From the NCBI RefSeq assembly GCF_003334815.1, contig NZ_QOWO01000006.1: a stretch of 64,000 nucleotides of DNA; one strand, given 5' to 3'. Positions within the stretch are counted from its first letter, which is position 1; each line of letters opens with the position of its first letter. The notes under the pieces are model-generated. The model was not told the origin of the DNA. It saw nothing but the letters and a program-made list of their open reading frames with translations, and made no database searches. Of this stretch, positions 33,129-48,154 are shown piece by piece. Position numbers and translations under genes: made by a program. This DNA comes from Escherichia coli. GTDB lineage: Bacteria; Pseudomonadota; Gammaproteobacteria; Enterobacterales; Enterobacteriaceae.

Positions 33129-35372
33129 ATGAAACTGAATGCAACTTATATAAAAATACGTGATAAATGGTGGGGGCTTCCGCTGTTCCTGCCTTCTTTA
33201 ATCTTGCCCATTTTCGCCCACATTAATACTTTCGCGCATATTTCTTCCGGTGAGGTTTTTCTCTTTTATCTGCCTCTGGCACTGATGATCAGCATGATGA
33301 TGTTTTTCAGCTGGGCGGCATTGCCAGGGATCGCCTTAGGGATTTTTGTCCGCAAATATGCAGAGCTGGGTTTTTACGAAACGCTATCATTAACGGCTAA
33401 TTTTATTATCATTATCATTCTCTGTTGGGGCGGTTACAGGGTCTTTACTCCCCGGCGTAACAACGTTTCACATGGTGATACCCGTTTAATTTCCCAGCGT
33501 ATATTCTGGCAGATTGTGTTTCCTGCAACGCTGTTTCTGATACTTTTCCAGTTTGCTGCATTTGTAGGATTACTGGCGAGCAGAGAAAATCTGGTCGGTG
33601 TCATGCCTTTTAACCTCGGGACTTTAATCAATTATCAGGCCTTACTGGTGGGTAATCTGATCGGTGTCCCGCTGTGCTACTTCATCATTCGGGTAGTGCG
33701 AAATCCATTTTATTTACGTAGCTATTATTCGCAATTAAAACAGCAGGTTGATGCCAAAGTCACCAAAAAAGAGTTCGCGCTCTGGCTACTGGCATTAGGT
33801 GCTTTATTGTTGCTGTTATGCATGCCGTTAAATGAAAAAAGCACAATTTTTAGCACCAATTATACCTTGTCATTATTGCTGCCCCTGATGATGTGGGGAG
33901 CGATGCGCTATGGTTATAAGCTGATTTCGCTGCTCTGGGCGGTCGTGTTGATGATCAGCATCCACAGCTATCAAAATTACATTCCCATTTATCCTGGCTA
34001 TACCACGCAGCTGACCATAACCTCCTCCAGTTATCTGGTATTCTCTTTTATTGTCAATTATATGGCTGTACTGGCAACCCGTCAGAGAGCGGTAGTCAGA
34101 CGCATTCAGCGGCTTGCGTATGTGGACCCGGTGGTTCATCTGCCAAATGTTCGCGCCCTGAATCGCGCGTTGCGTGATGCCCCCTGGTCTGCGCTTTGTT
34201 ATTTACGCATCCCTGGCATGGAAATGCTGGTTAAGAACTATGGCATCATGCTGCGGATTCAATACAAGCAAAAACTTTCTCACTGGCTGTCACCCTTGCT
34301 GGAACCGGGTGAAGATGTTTATCAGCTTTCGGGTAACGATCTCGCGCTGCGACTGAATACAGAATCGCACCAGGAGCGCATTACCGCACTGGATAGCCAT
34401 CTCAAGCAATTTCGTTTCTTTTGGGATGGCATGCCGATGCAACCGCAGATTGGCGTCAGTTACTGCTATGTGCGCTCGCCAGTGAATCATATCTACCTGC
34501 TGCTGGGAGAGCTAAATACGGTCGCCGAACTTTCCATCGTGACCAACGCCCCGGAAAATATGCAGCGTCGCGGGGCAATGTATTTGCAACGCGAATTGAA
34601 AGATAAAGTCGCGATGATGAATCGACTACAGCAGGCGCTGGAACACAACCATTTTTTCCTGATGGCCCAGCCGATTACCGGTATGCGTGGTGATGTTTAC
34701 CATGAAATTCTTCTGCGCATGAAAGGTGAGAATGATGAACTGATCAGCCCCGATAGCTTCTTGCCGGTCGCGCACGAATTTGGTTTATCGTCGAGTATCG
34801 ACATGTGGGTCATTGAGCATACGCTGCAATTTATGGCTGAAAACAGAGCGAAGATGCCCGCTCACCGTTTTGCTATTAATCTGTCTCCAACCTCGGTATG
34901 TCAGGCTCGTTTTCCTGTTGAAGTCAGTCAGTTGCTGGCTAAATATCAGATTGAAGCGTGGCAACTTATTTTTGAAGTCACCGAAAGTAATGCTCTGACC
35001 AATGTTAAGCAGGCGCAAATCACCTTGCAGCATCTTCAGGAATTAGGCTGCCAGATTGCGATTGATGATTTCGGCACCGGCTACGCCAGCTATGCGCGGC
35101 TTAAAAATGTGAATGCCGATCTGCTTAAAATTGACGGCAGTTTTATCCGCAATATTGTGTCAAATAGTCTGGATTATCAGATAGTGGCATCGATTTGCCA
35201 CCTGGCGCGAATGAAGAAAATGCTGGTAGTGGCAGAGTACGTTGAAAACGAAGAGATCCGCGAGGCGGTGCTCTCTTTGGGGATCGATTATATGCAGGGT
35301 TATCTTATTGGTAAGCCGCAGCCGTTAATTGATACGCTGAATGAAATCGAACCCATTCGCGAAAGTGCCTGA
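33129..35372 (+). CDS. pdeF: PdeF (YfgF), membrane c-di-GMP phosphodiesterase, 747 aa
   Basis: Track ORF; N-terminal multi-TM region; degenerate GGDEF (SGNDL in place of GGDEF); EAL domain motifs EIL, DDFGTGYAS, KIDGSF. Confidence 0.9.
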   Translation: MKLNATYIKIRDKWWGLPLFLPSLILPIFAHINTFAHISSGEVFLFYLPLALMISMMMFFSWAALPGIALGIFVRKYAELGFYETLSLTANFIIIIILCWGGYRVFTPRRNNVSHGDTRLISQRIFWQIVFPATLFLILFQFAAFVGLLASRENLVGVMPFNLGTLINYQALLVGNLIGVPLCYFIIRVVRNPFYLRSYYSQLKQQVDAKVTKKEFALWLLALGALLLLLCMPLNEKSTIFSTNYTLSLLLPLMMWGAMRYGYKLISLLWAVVLMISIHSYQNYIPIYPGYTTQLTITSSSYLVFSFIVNYMAVLATRQRAVVRRIQRLAYVDPVVHLPNVRALNRALRDAPWSALCYLRIPGMEMLVKNYGIMLRIQYKQKLSHWLSPLLEPGEDVYQLSGNDLALRLNTESHQERITALDSHLKQFRFFWDGMPMQPQIGVSYCYVRSPVNHIYLLLGELNTVAELSIVTNAPENMQRRGAMYLQRELKDKVAMMNRLQQALEHNHFFLMAQPITGMRGDVYHEILLRMKGENDELISPDSFLPVAHEFGLSSSIDMWVIEHTLQFMAENRAKMPAHRFAINLSPTSVCQARFPVEVSQLLAKYQIEAWQLIFEVTESNALTNVKQAQITLQHLQELGCQIAIDDFGTGYASYARLKNVNADLLKIDGSFIRNIVSNSLDYQIVASICHLARMKKMLVVAEYVENEEIREAVLSLGIDYMQGYLIGKPQPLIDTLNEIEPIRESA

Positions 35373-35377
35373 ATAAT

Positions 35378-35404
35378 GCGGGCCGACATTTCTCGTCGGC
35401 CCGC
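35378..35404. terminator. Stem-loop between convergent pdeF and ppx (no clear U-tract; terminator or REP-like structure)
   Basis: GCGGGCCGAC-ATTTCTC-GTCGGCCCGC perfect 10-bp stem. Confidence 0.4.
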
Positions 35405-35410
35405 AAAGTA

Positions 35411-39023
<3,613 letters not shown>

Positions 39024-39151
39024 TACCACTTTTACTCCGTTTTATTCACGGGACACTGCCTGGATATTATGGCGAGCAATATTGGCAGATGTCCAACTAT
39101 GCCAGAAAAGGGGGAAAAAAACTGCTGGAGCTTGCGATTTACAGGTGAATT

Positions 39152-39178
39152 GAAAAACGCCAGCGGCAGAGCTGGCGC
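39152..39178 (-). terminator. purN (purMN operon) intrinsic terminator
   Basis: CGCCAGC/GCTGGCG stem with an A-run on the plus strand (U-run on minus), 17 nt past purN stop. Confidence 0.7.
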
Positions 39179-39194
39179 TTTAATTACGGGGGTA

Positions 39195-39832
39195 TTACTC
39201 GTCGGCAGCGTAGCCCTGCGGCGGCAGACGTTGACCATCCAGCCACGCGGCGTTTTCGTGCATTTTCAGACGACCATCGGCAAACCAGCTAATCACCAGT
39301 GGATAAATGGCGTGTTCCTGGGTTTGCACGCGGGCGGTGATGTCATCTTCCGAATCACCAGCAAATACCGGGACTTTCGCCTGTAAAATAACCGGGCCAC
39401 CGTCCAGTTCATCGGTGACGAAATGCACCGATGTACCGTGCTCTTCATCGCCATTTTCCAGCGCCTGACGATGGGTGTGTAATCCGGGATATTTCGGCAG
39501 CAGAGAAGGGTGAATGTTCAGCAAACGCCCGGCATAGTGGGAGACAAACGCCGGGCTGAGAATGCGCATAAAACCAGCCAGCACGACCACATCGGGTGCG
39601 TACATGTCGATTTCATGAATCAACTCCCGGTCATAGGCTTCACGACTGTCAAACGCGCTGGCGATGAGCGTATGCGTTGCAATACCCGCCTGGCGGGCGC
39701 GTTCAAGGCCGAACGCGTCGGCCTTATTGCTGAAAACTGCCCGTACGGTGCCTTTAATTTTGTTGGTTTTACAGGCGTCAATAATTGCCTGTAAATTACT
39801 TCCGTTGCCGGAAATAAGCACCACAATATTCA

Positions 39833-39833
<1 letters not shown>
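39195..39833 (-). CDS. purN: GAR transformylase PurN, 212 aa
   Basis: Track ORF; motif NIHPSLLP; start overlaps purM stop by 1 nt. Confidence 0.95.
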
Positions 39834-40888
<1,055 letters not shown>

Positions 40889-40935
40889 TTACTTGCGGTA
40901 GAAAAATAAAATTCGGCGCAATTCTAACAGGGAAA

Positions 40936-40947
40936 GCAAACGTTTGC
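40936..40947. promoter_or_regulatory. PurR operator upstream of purMN
   Basis: Perfect palindrome GCAAACGTTTGC (flanks AAGCAAACGTTTGCGA), about 65 bp upstream of the purM start. Confidence 0.75.
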
Positions 40948-41124
40948 GAGACTGCTTTACACAACCTTTTTGCACGTCTTTTCCCCAGGCGCGCGGCGAA
41001 AGAAGACTTGTGCCAGGGTAAAGGTTAGTTTTCGGATGGAATAATCTTCTTTCATAACCATCTGAATATAAAATAACTTTATCTCAAACCGTTATCATTT
41101 TGACTAAAGTCAACGAAAAGAATA

Positions 41125-41167
41125 TTGCCGCCTTGAAGAAAGGAGGTATAATCCGTCGATTTTTTTT
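41125..41167 (+). promoter_or_regulatory. upp promoter with initially transcribed U-tract
   Basis: TTGCCG-N16-TATAAT (41147-41152), start near G/A 41158-41159, followed by T8 run 41160-41167. Confidence 0.65.
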
Positions 41168-41194
41168 GTGGCTGCCCCTCAAAGGAGAAAGAGT

Positions 41195-41821
41195 ATGAAG
41201 ATCGTGGAAGTCAAACACCCACTCGTCAAACACAAGCTGGGACTGATGCGTGAGCAAGATATCAGCACCAAGCGCTTTCGCGAACTCGCTTCCGAAGTGG
41301 GTAGCCTGCTGACTTACGAAGCGACCGCCGACCTCGAAACGGAAAAAGTAACTATCGAAGGCTGGAACGGCCCGGTAGAAATCGACCAGATCAAAGGTAA
41401 GAAAATTACCGTTGTGCCAATTCTGCGTGCGGGTCTTGGTATGATGGACGGTGTGCTGGAAAACGTTCCGAGCGCGCGCATCAGCGTTGTCGGTATGTAC
41501 CGTAATGAAGAAACGCTGGAGCCGGTACCGTACTTCCAGAAACTGGTTTCTAACATCGATGAGCGTATGGCGCTGATCGTTGACCCAATGCTGGCAACCG
41601 GTGGTTCCGTTATCGCGACCATCGACCTGCTGAAAAAAGCGGGCTGCAGCAGCATCAAAGTTCTGGTGCTGGTAGCTGCGCCAGAAGGTATCGCTGCGCT
41701 GGAAAAAGCGCACCCGGACGTCGAACTGTATACCGCATCGATTGATCAGGGACTGAACGAGCACGGATACATTATTCCGGGCCTCGGCGATGCCGGTGAC
41801 AAAATCTTTGGTACGAAATAA
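41195..41821 (+). CDS. upp: Uracil phosphoribosyltransferase, 208 aa
   Basis: Track ORF 41168..41821; ATG 41195 with AGGAGA SD ([15 protein letters not shown]). Confidence 0.95.
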
Positions 41822-41837
41822 AGAATAAAAATAATTA

Positions 41838-41866
41838 AAGCCGACTTTAAGAGTCGGCTTTTTTTT
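41838..41866 (+). terminator. Intrinsic terminator/attenuator between upp and uraA
   Basis: AAAGCCGAC-TTTAAGAG-TCGGCTTTTTTTTT. Confidence 0.8.
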
Positions 41867-41906
41867 GAGTAAAGCGCCTATAACACATAATACAGAGGAT
41901 AATACT

Positions 41907-43196
41907 ATGACGCGCCGTGCTATCGGGGTGAGTGAAAGACCGCCACTTTTACAGACAATCCCGCTTAGTTTGCAACATTTGTTCGCCATGTTTGGTGCAA
42001 CCGTCCTGGTGCCCGTCTTATTTCATATTAACCCGGCGACTGTACTGTTATTTAACGGTATTGGAACGCTGCTGTATCTCTTCATCTGTAAAGGGAAAAT
42101 TCCGGCTTATCTTGGTTCCAGCTTTGCCTTTATTTCACCGGTATTGTTACTGTTGCCGTTAGGGTATGAAGTCGCGCTGGGCGGCTTTATTATGTGCGGC
42201 GTGCTGTTCTGCCTGGTTTCTTTTATCGTGAAGAAAGCGGGGACCGGCTGGCTGGACGTGCTGTTTCCACCTGCGGCAATGGGCGCAATCGTTGCCGTCA
42301 TCGGTCTGGAGCTGGCGGGCGTAGCTGCCGGTATGGCGGGTTTACTCCCGGCTGAAGGGCAAACGCCAGACTCCAAAACCATCATCATCTCTATTACCAC
42401 CCTGGCGGTCACGGTTTTAGGTTCCGTGCTGTTTCGTGGTTTCCTGGCAATTATCCCGATTTTAATTGGCGTGCTGGTGGGGTACGCGCTCTCTTTCGCA
42501 ATGGGAATTGTCGATACCACGCCGATTATTAATGCTCACTGGTTTGCGCTGCCAACCCTCTATACGCCGCGCTTCGAGTGGTTTGCCATTCTGACTATTC
42601 TGCCAGCGGCGTTAGTGGTTATTGCCGAACACGTAGGGCACCTGGTAGTAACGGCTAATATCGTCAAAAAAGATCTGCTGCGCGATCCAGGTCTGCACCG
42701 TTCGATGTTTGCTAATGGCTTGTCGACCGTGATTTCCGGCTTCTTTGGCTCTACGCCAAATACTACTTACGGAGAAAACATTGGCGTGATGGCGATCACC
42801 CGTGTTTACAGTACCTGGGTTATCGGCGGGGCGGCGATTTTCGCTATCCTGCTTTCCTGCGTCGGTAAACTGGCTGCCGCTATCCAGATGATCCCATTGC
42901 CGGTGATGGGCGGCGTTTCGCTGCTGCTTTATGGTGTCATCGGTGCTTCCGGTATTCGTGTTTTGATCGAATCGAAAGTGGATTACAACAAAGCACAGAA
43001 CCTGATCCTGACTTCCGTGATTTTGATCATCGGCGTCAGTGGCGCGAAGGTAAACATCGGTGCGGCGGAGTTAAAAGGTATGGCGCTGGCGACCATCGTC
43101 GGTATCGGCTTAAGTTTGATCTTCAAACTGATCAGTGTGCTGCGCCCTGAAGAAGTGGTGCTGGACGCAGAAGACGCGGATATAACAGACAAATAA
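41907..43196 (+). CDS. uraA: Uracil:H+ symporter (NCS2 family), 429 aa
   Basis: Track ORF 41865..43196; ATG 41907 with GAGGA SD ([16 protein letters not shown]); multi-TM. Confidence 0.95.
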   Translation: MTRRAIGVSERPPLLQTIPLSLQHLFAMFGATVLVPVLFHINPATVLLFNGIGTLLYLFICKGKIPAYLGSSFAFISPVLLLLPLGYEVALGGFIMCGVLFCLVSFIVKKAGTGWLDVLFPPAAMGAIVAVIGLELAGVAAGMAGLLPAEGQTPDSKTIIISITTLAVTVLGSVLFRGFLAIIPILIGVLVGYALSFAMGIVDTTPIINAHWFALPTLYTPRFEWFAILTILPAALVVIAEHVGHLVVTANIVKKDLLRDPGLHRSMFANGLSTVISGFFGSTPNTTYGENIGVMAITRVYSTWVIGGAAIFAILLSCVGKLAAAIQMIPLPVMGGVSLLLYGVIGASGIRVLIESKVDYNKAQNLILTSVILIIGVSGAKVNIGAAELKGMALATIVGIGLSLIFKLISVLRPEEVVLDAEDADITDK

Positions 43197-43290
43197 TGTA
43201 CCGACCGGGCAGTGTTGCTGCCCGGTTCAAACATCATGGGATTCTGTGGTAAACTTCTCGCGATTTTGTGAAATCCTGGTTGAGGTATCT

Positions 43291-43992
43291 CTGAACACAC
43301 CGGCACAGCTCTCTTTGCCACTTTATCTTCCTGACGACGAAACCTTTGCAAGTTTCTGGCCGGGGGATAACTCCTCTTTACTGGCCGCGCTGCAAAACGT
43401 GCTGCGTCAGGAACATAGCGGTTACATCTATCTCTGGGCACGCGAAGGCGCGGGGCGCAGCCATCTGCTGCACGCGGCTTGCGCGGAATTGTCGCAGCGT
43501 GGCGATGCGGTGGGCTATGTCCCGCTGGATAAACGCACCTGGTTTGTTCCGGAAGTGCTCGACGGTATGGAGCATTTGTCGCTGGTCTGTATCGACAACA
43601 TTGAGTGTATTGCAGGCGATGAGTTGTGGGAGATGGCGATTTTCGATCTCTACAATCGAATTCTGGAATCGGGCAAAACACGGTTGTTGATCACCGGCGA
43701 TCGTCCACCGCGGCAGTTGAATCTGGGATTACCGGATCTCGCGTCGCGACTCGACTGGGGGCAGATCTACAAATTGCAGCCACTTTCTGATGAAGATAAG
43801 TTGCAGGCGCTACAGTTACGCGCGCGTTTGCGTGGTTTTGAACTGCCGGAAGATGTGGGGCGTTTCTTGCTGAAGCGGCTCGACAGAGAAATGCGCACGC
43901 TATTTATGACGTTGGATCAGTTGGATCGTGCGTCGATTACCGCGCAACGTAAGCTGACCATTCCGTTTGTGAAAGAAATTCTGAAGTTGTAG
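43291..43992 (+). CDS. hda: Hda, DnaA-inactivating AAA+ protein (RIDA), 233 aa from a CUG start
   Basis: Track ORF 43246..43992 (GTG); preferred start CTG 43291 with GAGGT SD 5 nt upstream, placing the clamp-binding motif QLSLPL at residues 6-11; AAA+ box motifs downstream. Confidence 0.8.
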
Positions 43993-44007
43993 ATAAGGTG
44001 TTTATTG

Positions 44008-44103
44008 TCGGATGCGGCGCGAACGCCTTATCCGAACTACGCGAAGTTAATCCATAGTATTCGTAGGCCGGATAAGACGTGGCAAGCGTCGCATCCGGCA
44101 ATG
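44008..44103. repeat. BIME: two inverted REP palindromes between hda and yfgD
   Basis: TCGGATGCGGCGCGAACGCCTTATCCGA and inverted GTAGGCCGGATAAGACGTGGCAAGCGTCGCATCCGGCA. Confidence 0.85.
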
Positions 44104-44129
44104 TGCTTCAACTAGCGATGGAGCACATC

Positions 44130-44489
44130 TTAACCCACGATTTCCAGTACCTGCTCCGGTGGACGACCAATCCGCGCTTTGCCATTCGCGACCACAATCG
44201 GGCGCTCCATCAGCTTCGGATTATCCACCATTGCCTGAATCAGCGCCTCTTCGCTAAGCGAACTGTCAGCCAGGTTCAGTTCTTTATAAAGATCCTCTTT
44301 CTGGCGCATCAATTCACGGGCGCTATTCATCCCCAGTATTTTCAGCAAATCGCGCAGCGTTGCCGCATCGGCGGGTGTCTCAAGGTAGAGCACCACTTCT
44401 GGCTCCACGCCGTTTTCTTTCAGCAGGTTCAGCGTTTCCCGGCTCTTTGAACAGCGTGGGTTATGGTAGATTTTTACCTGTTTGGTCAT
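44130..44489 (-). CDS. yfgD: ArsC/Spx-family thiol-disulfide protein YfgD, 119 aa
   Basis: Track ORF; N-terminal CSKSRETL motif typical of the ArsC family. Confidence 0.8.
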   Translation of the reverse strand: MTKQVKIYHNPRCSKSRETLNLLKENGVEPEVVLYLETPADAATLRDLLKILGMNSARELMRQKEDLYKELNLADSSLSEEALIQAMVDNPKLMERPIVVANGKARIGRPPEQVLEIVG

Positions 44490-44509
44490 TGTTCTTCCTT
44501 TAATGCGAA

Positions 44510-45973
44510 TTACATCTTGGTATAAGGCTTAAAGCGTTCCTGCAGCTGGCGCAACTGGTCGATGCGCGCATCGTAACGCGCTTGTTGCAGGCTGCCTAAT
44601 TTCACCTGCGAACTGGCGCTACTCAACAGCGAAATGGCCTGATCGAGTCGTCCGGCGAGCGCATAACCTTCTGCTCGCGCAGCCAGCTCCTGATCGCGGT
44701 TATTTAGCGCGGCTTCCGCCTGTGCCAGCAAATCCCAGCCGTTGCTGTCATCTTTATTATTAAAGGTGTAGCGATTCAGAATATTGGCCGCTTCTTGTGG
44801 TTGACCGCCTTGCAAATAAGCGTTCGCCAGGTTGAGCTGCAACACCGGATTGGTGCGTAAATCGCGGGCATTTTTCAGACGATTGATCGCCTCATTGGCT
44901 TTGTTTTGCCCAAGATCGATATCAGTAGCCAGATCGAGATACCATGCGTTGCCAGGTTCTGCCGCCAGTAACGGTTGCAGCGTTTTACGCGCCTCGTCGT
45001 ATTTATTGGCTTCCATCGCCTGTAAAGCACGACCATATTGTGCTGCTCGTTGCTGACGAACGTTTCCTTTCGCCCATTCATCCAGCAAATCACTGGTGAG
45101 CTGGTTACGTCCGGAATTATACATCCCCAGTGTGCGCGCTTTCGCCAGATAGAAATCTTCCGACGACTGCACCACCATCGGGCGCATCTGATTAGCACGG
45201 TTGCGGGCATCTGCCAGACGACTTTCCGGCAACGGGTGAGTCAATAAAATTTCCGGCGGGCGCGAGGAGTAACGCGCCTGATCGAGTAATTTTTCGAGGA
45301 AGGTTGGCATCGCCTGCGGATCGAATCCCGAGCGTTGCAGCACCTGAATACCAATGCGGTCCGCTTCCTGTTCATTTTGCTGGGTGAAACTGATCATCCC
45401 CTGACGCGTTCCCGCCAGTGTACCGGTCAGCGCCGCCATCCCCGCCTGCGGACTGGCCATCGCCAGTAAAATAGAACCTAACGCGCCGACCCAGGTCAGC
45501 GGCGCGCTGCGCTGCTGATCTTCCATCGCTCGCGCCAGGTGACGTTGGGTGACGTGGGAGATTTCGTGCGCCATAACTGAAGCCAGTTGACTTTCGTTAT
45601 CGGAATAACGGAACAGGGCAGAGTGCAGCACCACGTTGCCGCCAAAGAAAGCAAAGGCGTTAATTTCGTCGTTGTTGATCAGAAAAAAATGAAACGGTGT
45701 CTTAACCGAATTGGCATGCGAAACCAGACGCATCCCCAGCGAATTAATATATTGCGTTAACAGCGGGTCATTAATTAACGGCGCGCTGCCGCGTAGCTGG
45801 CGGACATAATAGTCGCCCATCTGCATTTCCTGACCAATGGAAAGCGTGCTTCCTGCGGAGGTTCCCATATCCGGCAAGGTGTCTGCGCTGTCGGCAAACG
45901 CCGGGGCTACCTGACCAATGGTCATAGCAGCAATGAGGGTTGCAACCAGGTTTTTTTTCAACTGCCTGAACAT
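44510..45973 (-). CDS. bepA: BepA (YfgC), periplasmic M48 metalloprotease/chaperone with TPR domain, 487 aa
   Basis: Track ORF; signal peptide; HExxH ([12 protein letters not shown]); C-terminal TPR repeats. Confidence 0.9.
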
Positions 45974-46185
45974 AACCTCTATCCTGTATTTCTGGAGATA
46001 GTCATTTGACCGATACTGTGAAATATCGTTCCCACCGCGCCGCCTTTGAGTGTAACGGCGAAGATTAGCCCACTCAAATGACTTTTCAGTTTCCTGAATC
46101 CGTCATAAAAAGCGAAGTCTTTTTTGTGACATTTCGATACAATTGCGGATCGCAATCCCGCTCTTGAGGTTCAGGGAAGGTCTTT

Positions 46186-47247
46186 ATGCTCGAAATGTTG
46201 ATGCAATGGTATCGCCGCCGTTTTAGCGACCCGGAAGCGATTGCCTTGCTGGTTATTTTAGTTGCCGGATTTGGCATTATCTTTTTCTTTAGTGGCCTGC
46301 TTGCTCCGTTGCTGGTGGCTATTGTGCTGGCCTATTTGCTGGAATGGCCAACCGTGCGTCTGCAATCTATTGGCTGCTCCCGCCGCTGGGCGACGTCGAT
46401 TGTATTGGTGGTTTTCGTCGGTATATTGCTACTGATGGCGTTCGTGGTACTGCCTATCGCCTGGCAACAGGGCATCTACTTAATCCGCGATATGCCGGGG
46501 ATGCTCAATAAGCTTTCTGACTTTGCCGCCACGTTGCCGCGCCGCTATCCGGCGTTAATGGACGCGGGCATTATTGATGCAATGGCCGAAAATATGCGCA
46601 GTCGGATGCTGACCATGGGCGATTCGGTGGTGAAAATTTCCCTCGCCTCGCTGGTCGGTTTGCTGACCATAGCCGTCTATCTGGTGCTGGTGCCATTGAT
46701 GGTCTTCTTCCTGCTGAAAGACAAAGAGCAGATGCTGAACGCCGTTCGCCGGGTGCTGCCGCGTAACCGTGGGCTGGCAGGACAGGTGTGGAAGGAGATG
46801 AATCAACAAATCACCAACTATATCCGCGGCAAAGTGCTGGAGATGATCGTGGTGGGGATCGCCACCTGGCTGGGGTTCTTGCTCTTCGGGCTGAACTATT
46901 CGCTGCTGCTGGCAGTGCTGGTCGGCTTCTCGGTTCTTATTCCGTACATTGGCGCATTTGTGGTGACCATTCCGGTGGTTGGCGTGGCGCTATTCCAGTT
47001 TGGCGCAGGTACTGAATTCTGGAGCTGCTTCGCGGTGTATCTGATTATTCAGGCGCTGGACGGCAACCTGTTAGTGCCGGTGTTGTTCTCCGAAGCGGTT
47101 AACCTGCATCCGCTGGTGATTATTTTATCGGTGGTGATCTTCGGTGGTTTGTGGGGATTCTGGGGCGTATTCTTCGCCATTCCGTTGGCGACGCTGATCA
47201 AAGCCGTGATTCATGCCTGGCCCGATGGGCAAATCGCGCAAGAATAA
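46186..47247 (+). CDS. perM: PerM (YfgO), AI-2E/PerM-family inner-membrane transporter, 353 aa
   Basis: Track ORF; multiple TM helices. Confidence 0.85.
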   Translation: MLEMLMQWYRRRFSDPEAIALLVILVAGFGIIFFFSGLLAPLLVAIVLAYLLEWPTVRLQSIGCSRRWATSIVLVVFVGILLLMAFVVLPIAWQQGIYLIRDMPGMLNKLSDFAATLPRRYPALMDAGIIDAMAENMRSRMLTMGDSVVKISLASLVGLLTIAVYLVLVPLMVFFLLKDKEQMLNAVRRVLPRNRGLAGQVWKEMNQQITNYIRGKVLEMIVVGIATWLGFLLFGLNYSLLLAVLVGFSVLIPYIGAFVVTIPVVGVALFQFGAGTEFWSCFAVYLIIQALDGNLLVPVLFSEAVNLHPLVIILSVVIFGGLWGFWGVFFAIPLATLIKAVIHAWPDGQIAQE

Positions 47248-47251
47248 TCTT

Positions 47252-47286
47252 CAGCCCGACGAACTGTTTCGCCGGGCTGATTTTTC
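47252..47286. terminator. Bidirectional terminator between convergent perM and focB
   Basis: CAGCCCGAC...GCCGGGCTG stem followed by TTTTT. Confidence 0.75.
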
Positions 47287-48133
47287 AGGGTTCCTGACGT
47301 AAATAAATAGCCCGATAACACATACTCACCAGCACCGCACCGCCGATAATATTACCCAGCATCACCGGGAGCAGATTGGCGGTAATAAAATGGCTGACCG
47401 TCAGTGCCGGAAAATTGTCTGCGCTACTGTGCGCCAGCTGCCAGAAGGGGGGAGGGGCGAAATGGCGAATGGCAATGGCGAACGGAATCACAAACAAATT
47501 GGCGATACAGTGCTCAAAGCCACTGGCGACAAACAGGGTGATGGGCAAAATCATGGCGACGATTTTGTCGCATAACGAACGCCCGCAATAACTCATCCAC
47601 AGCGCCAGGCAAACCATCAGATTGCACATAATGCCGAGGCTGACAGATTCAGTAAATGTATGATGCATTTTGCCCTCGGCGCAGTGTAAAACCGCGACTC
47701 CCCACATCGCGTTTTCACTCATCACCAGCCCGGAAAACCAGATTAACAAACTGAAACAGGCAATACCTGCCAGATTACCGCAGGCCACCAGAAGTGCGTT
47801 AATCAGCCAAGTTCGCCAACTAATAACGCCCCGACTTTTTGCCATCACCGTCATTACCGACGAGGTGAACAGGCTGGTGCCGCAAACCGCCAGCAAAATA
47901 AAGCCGAGTGTAAAGCAAAGGCCGCCCACCAGATGGGTTAATGCCTGTGAAGACGGGGCATCGGCGATAACGGAAAGGTAAAAAGTAAATCCGATCGCCA
48001 TAAACACGCCAGCGGACATCGCCATTAAAAAGACCGACACTTTACTGCGGGCAATTTTATGGGCGGCAATCCGTTCAGCGATTGCCGCTTTTCTGGCGCT
48101 CAACTGCAAGTCGAAAGAGAGTTTGTTTCTCAT
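47285..48133 (-). CDS. focB: FocB formate channel (FNT family), 282 aa
   Basis: Track ORF; multi-TM FNT-like; last gene of the hyf operon. Confidence 0.9.
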   Translation of the reverse strand: MRNKLSFDLQLSARKAAIAERIAAHKIARSKVSVFLMAMSAGVFMAIGFTFYLSVIADAPSSQALTHLVGGLCFTLGFILLAVCGTSLFTSSVMTVMAKSRGVISWRTWLINALLVACGNLAGIACFSLLIWFSGLVMSENAMWGVAVLHCAEGKMHHTFTESVSLGIMCNLMVCLALWMSYCGRSLCDKIVAMILPITLFVASGFEHCIANLFVIPFAIAIRHFAPPPFWQLAHSSADNFPALTVSHFITANLLPVMLGNIIGGAVLVSMCYRAIYLRQEP

Positions 48134-48154
48134 GCATACTCCTGCAAAAGCAGA

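Noticed and set aside
33129-35372. pdeF as an active diguanylate cyclase
   Set aside because: The GGDEF-domain signature is degenerate (SGNDL in place of GG[DE]EF), whereas EAL-domain motifs (EIL, DDFGTGYAS, KIDGSF) are intact; phosphodiesterase is the supported activity.
35378-35404. pdeF/ppx stem-loop as a canonical bidirectional intrinsic terminator
   Set aside because: Perfect 10-bp GC-rich stem but no U-tract on either side; kept only as a low-confidence structural element.
41084-41989. 301-aa minus-strand ORF spanning the purM-upp intergenic region, upp and the upp-uraA terminator
   Set aside because: It reads through a strong plus-strand terminator hairpin and an AT-rich promoter region and is antisense to upp; no RBS.
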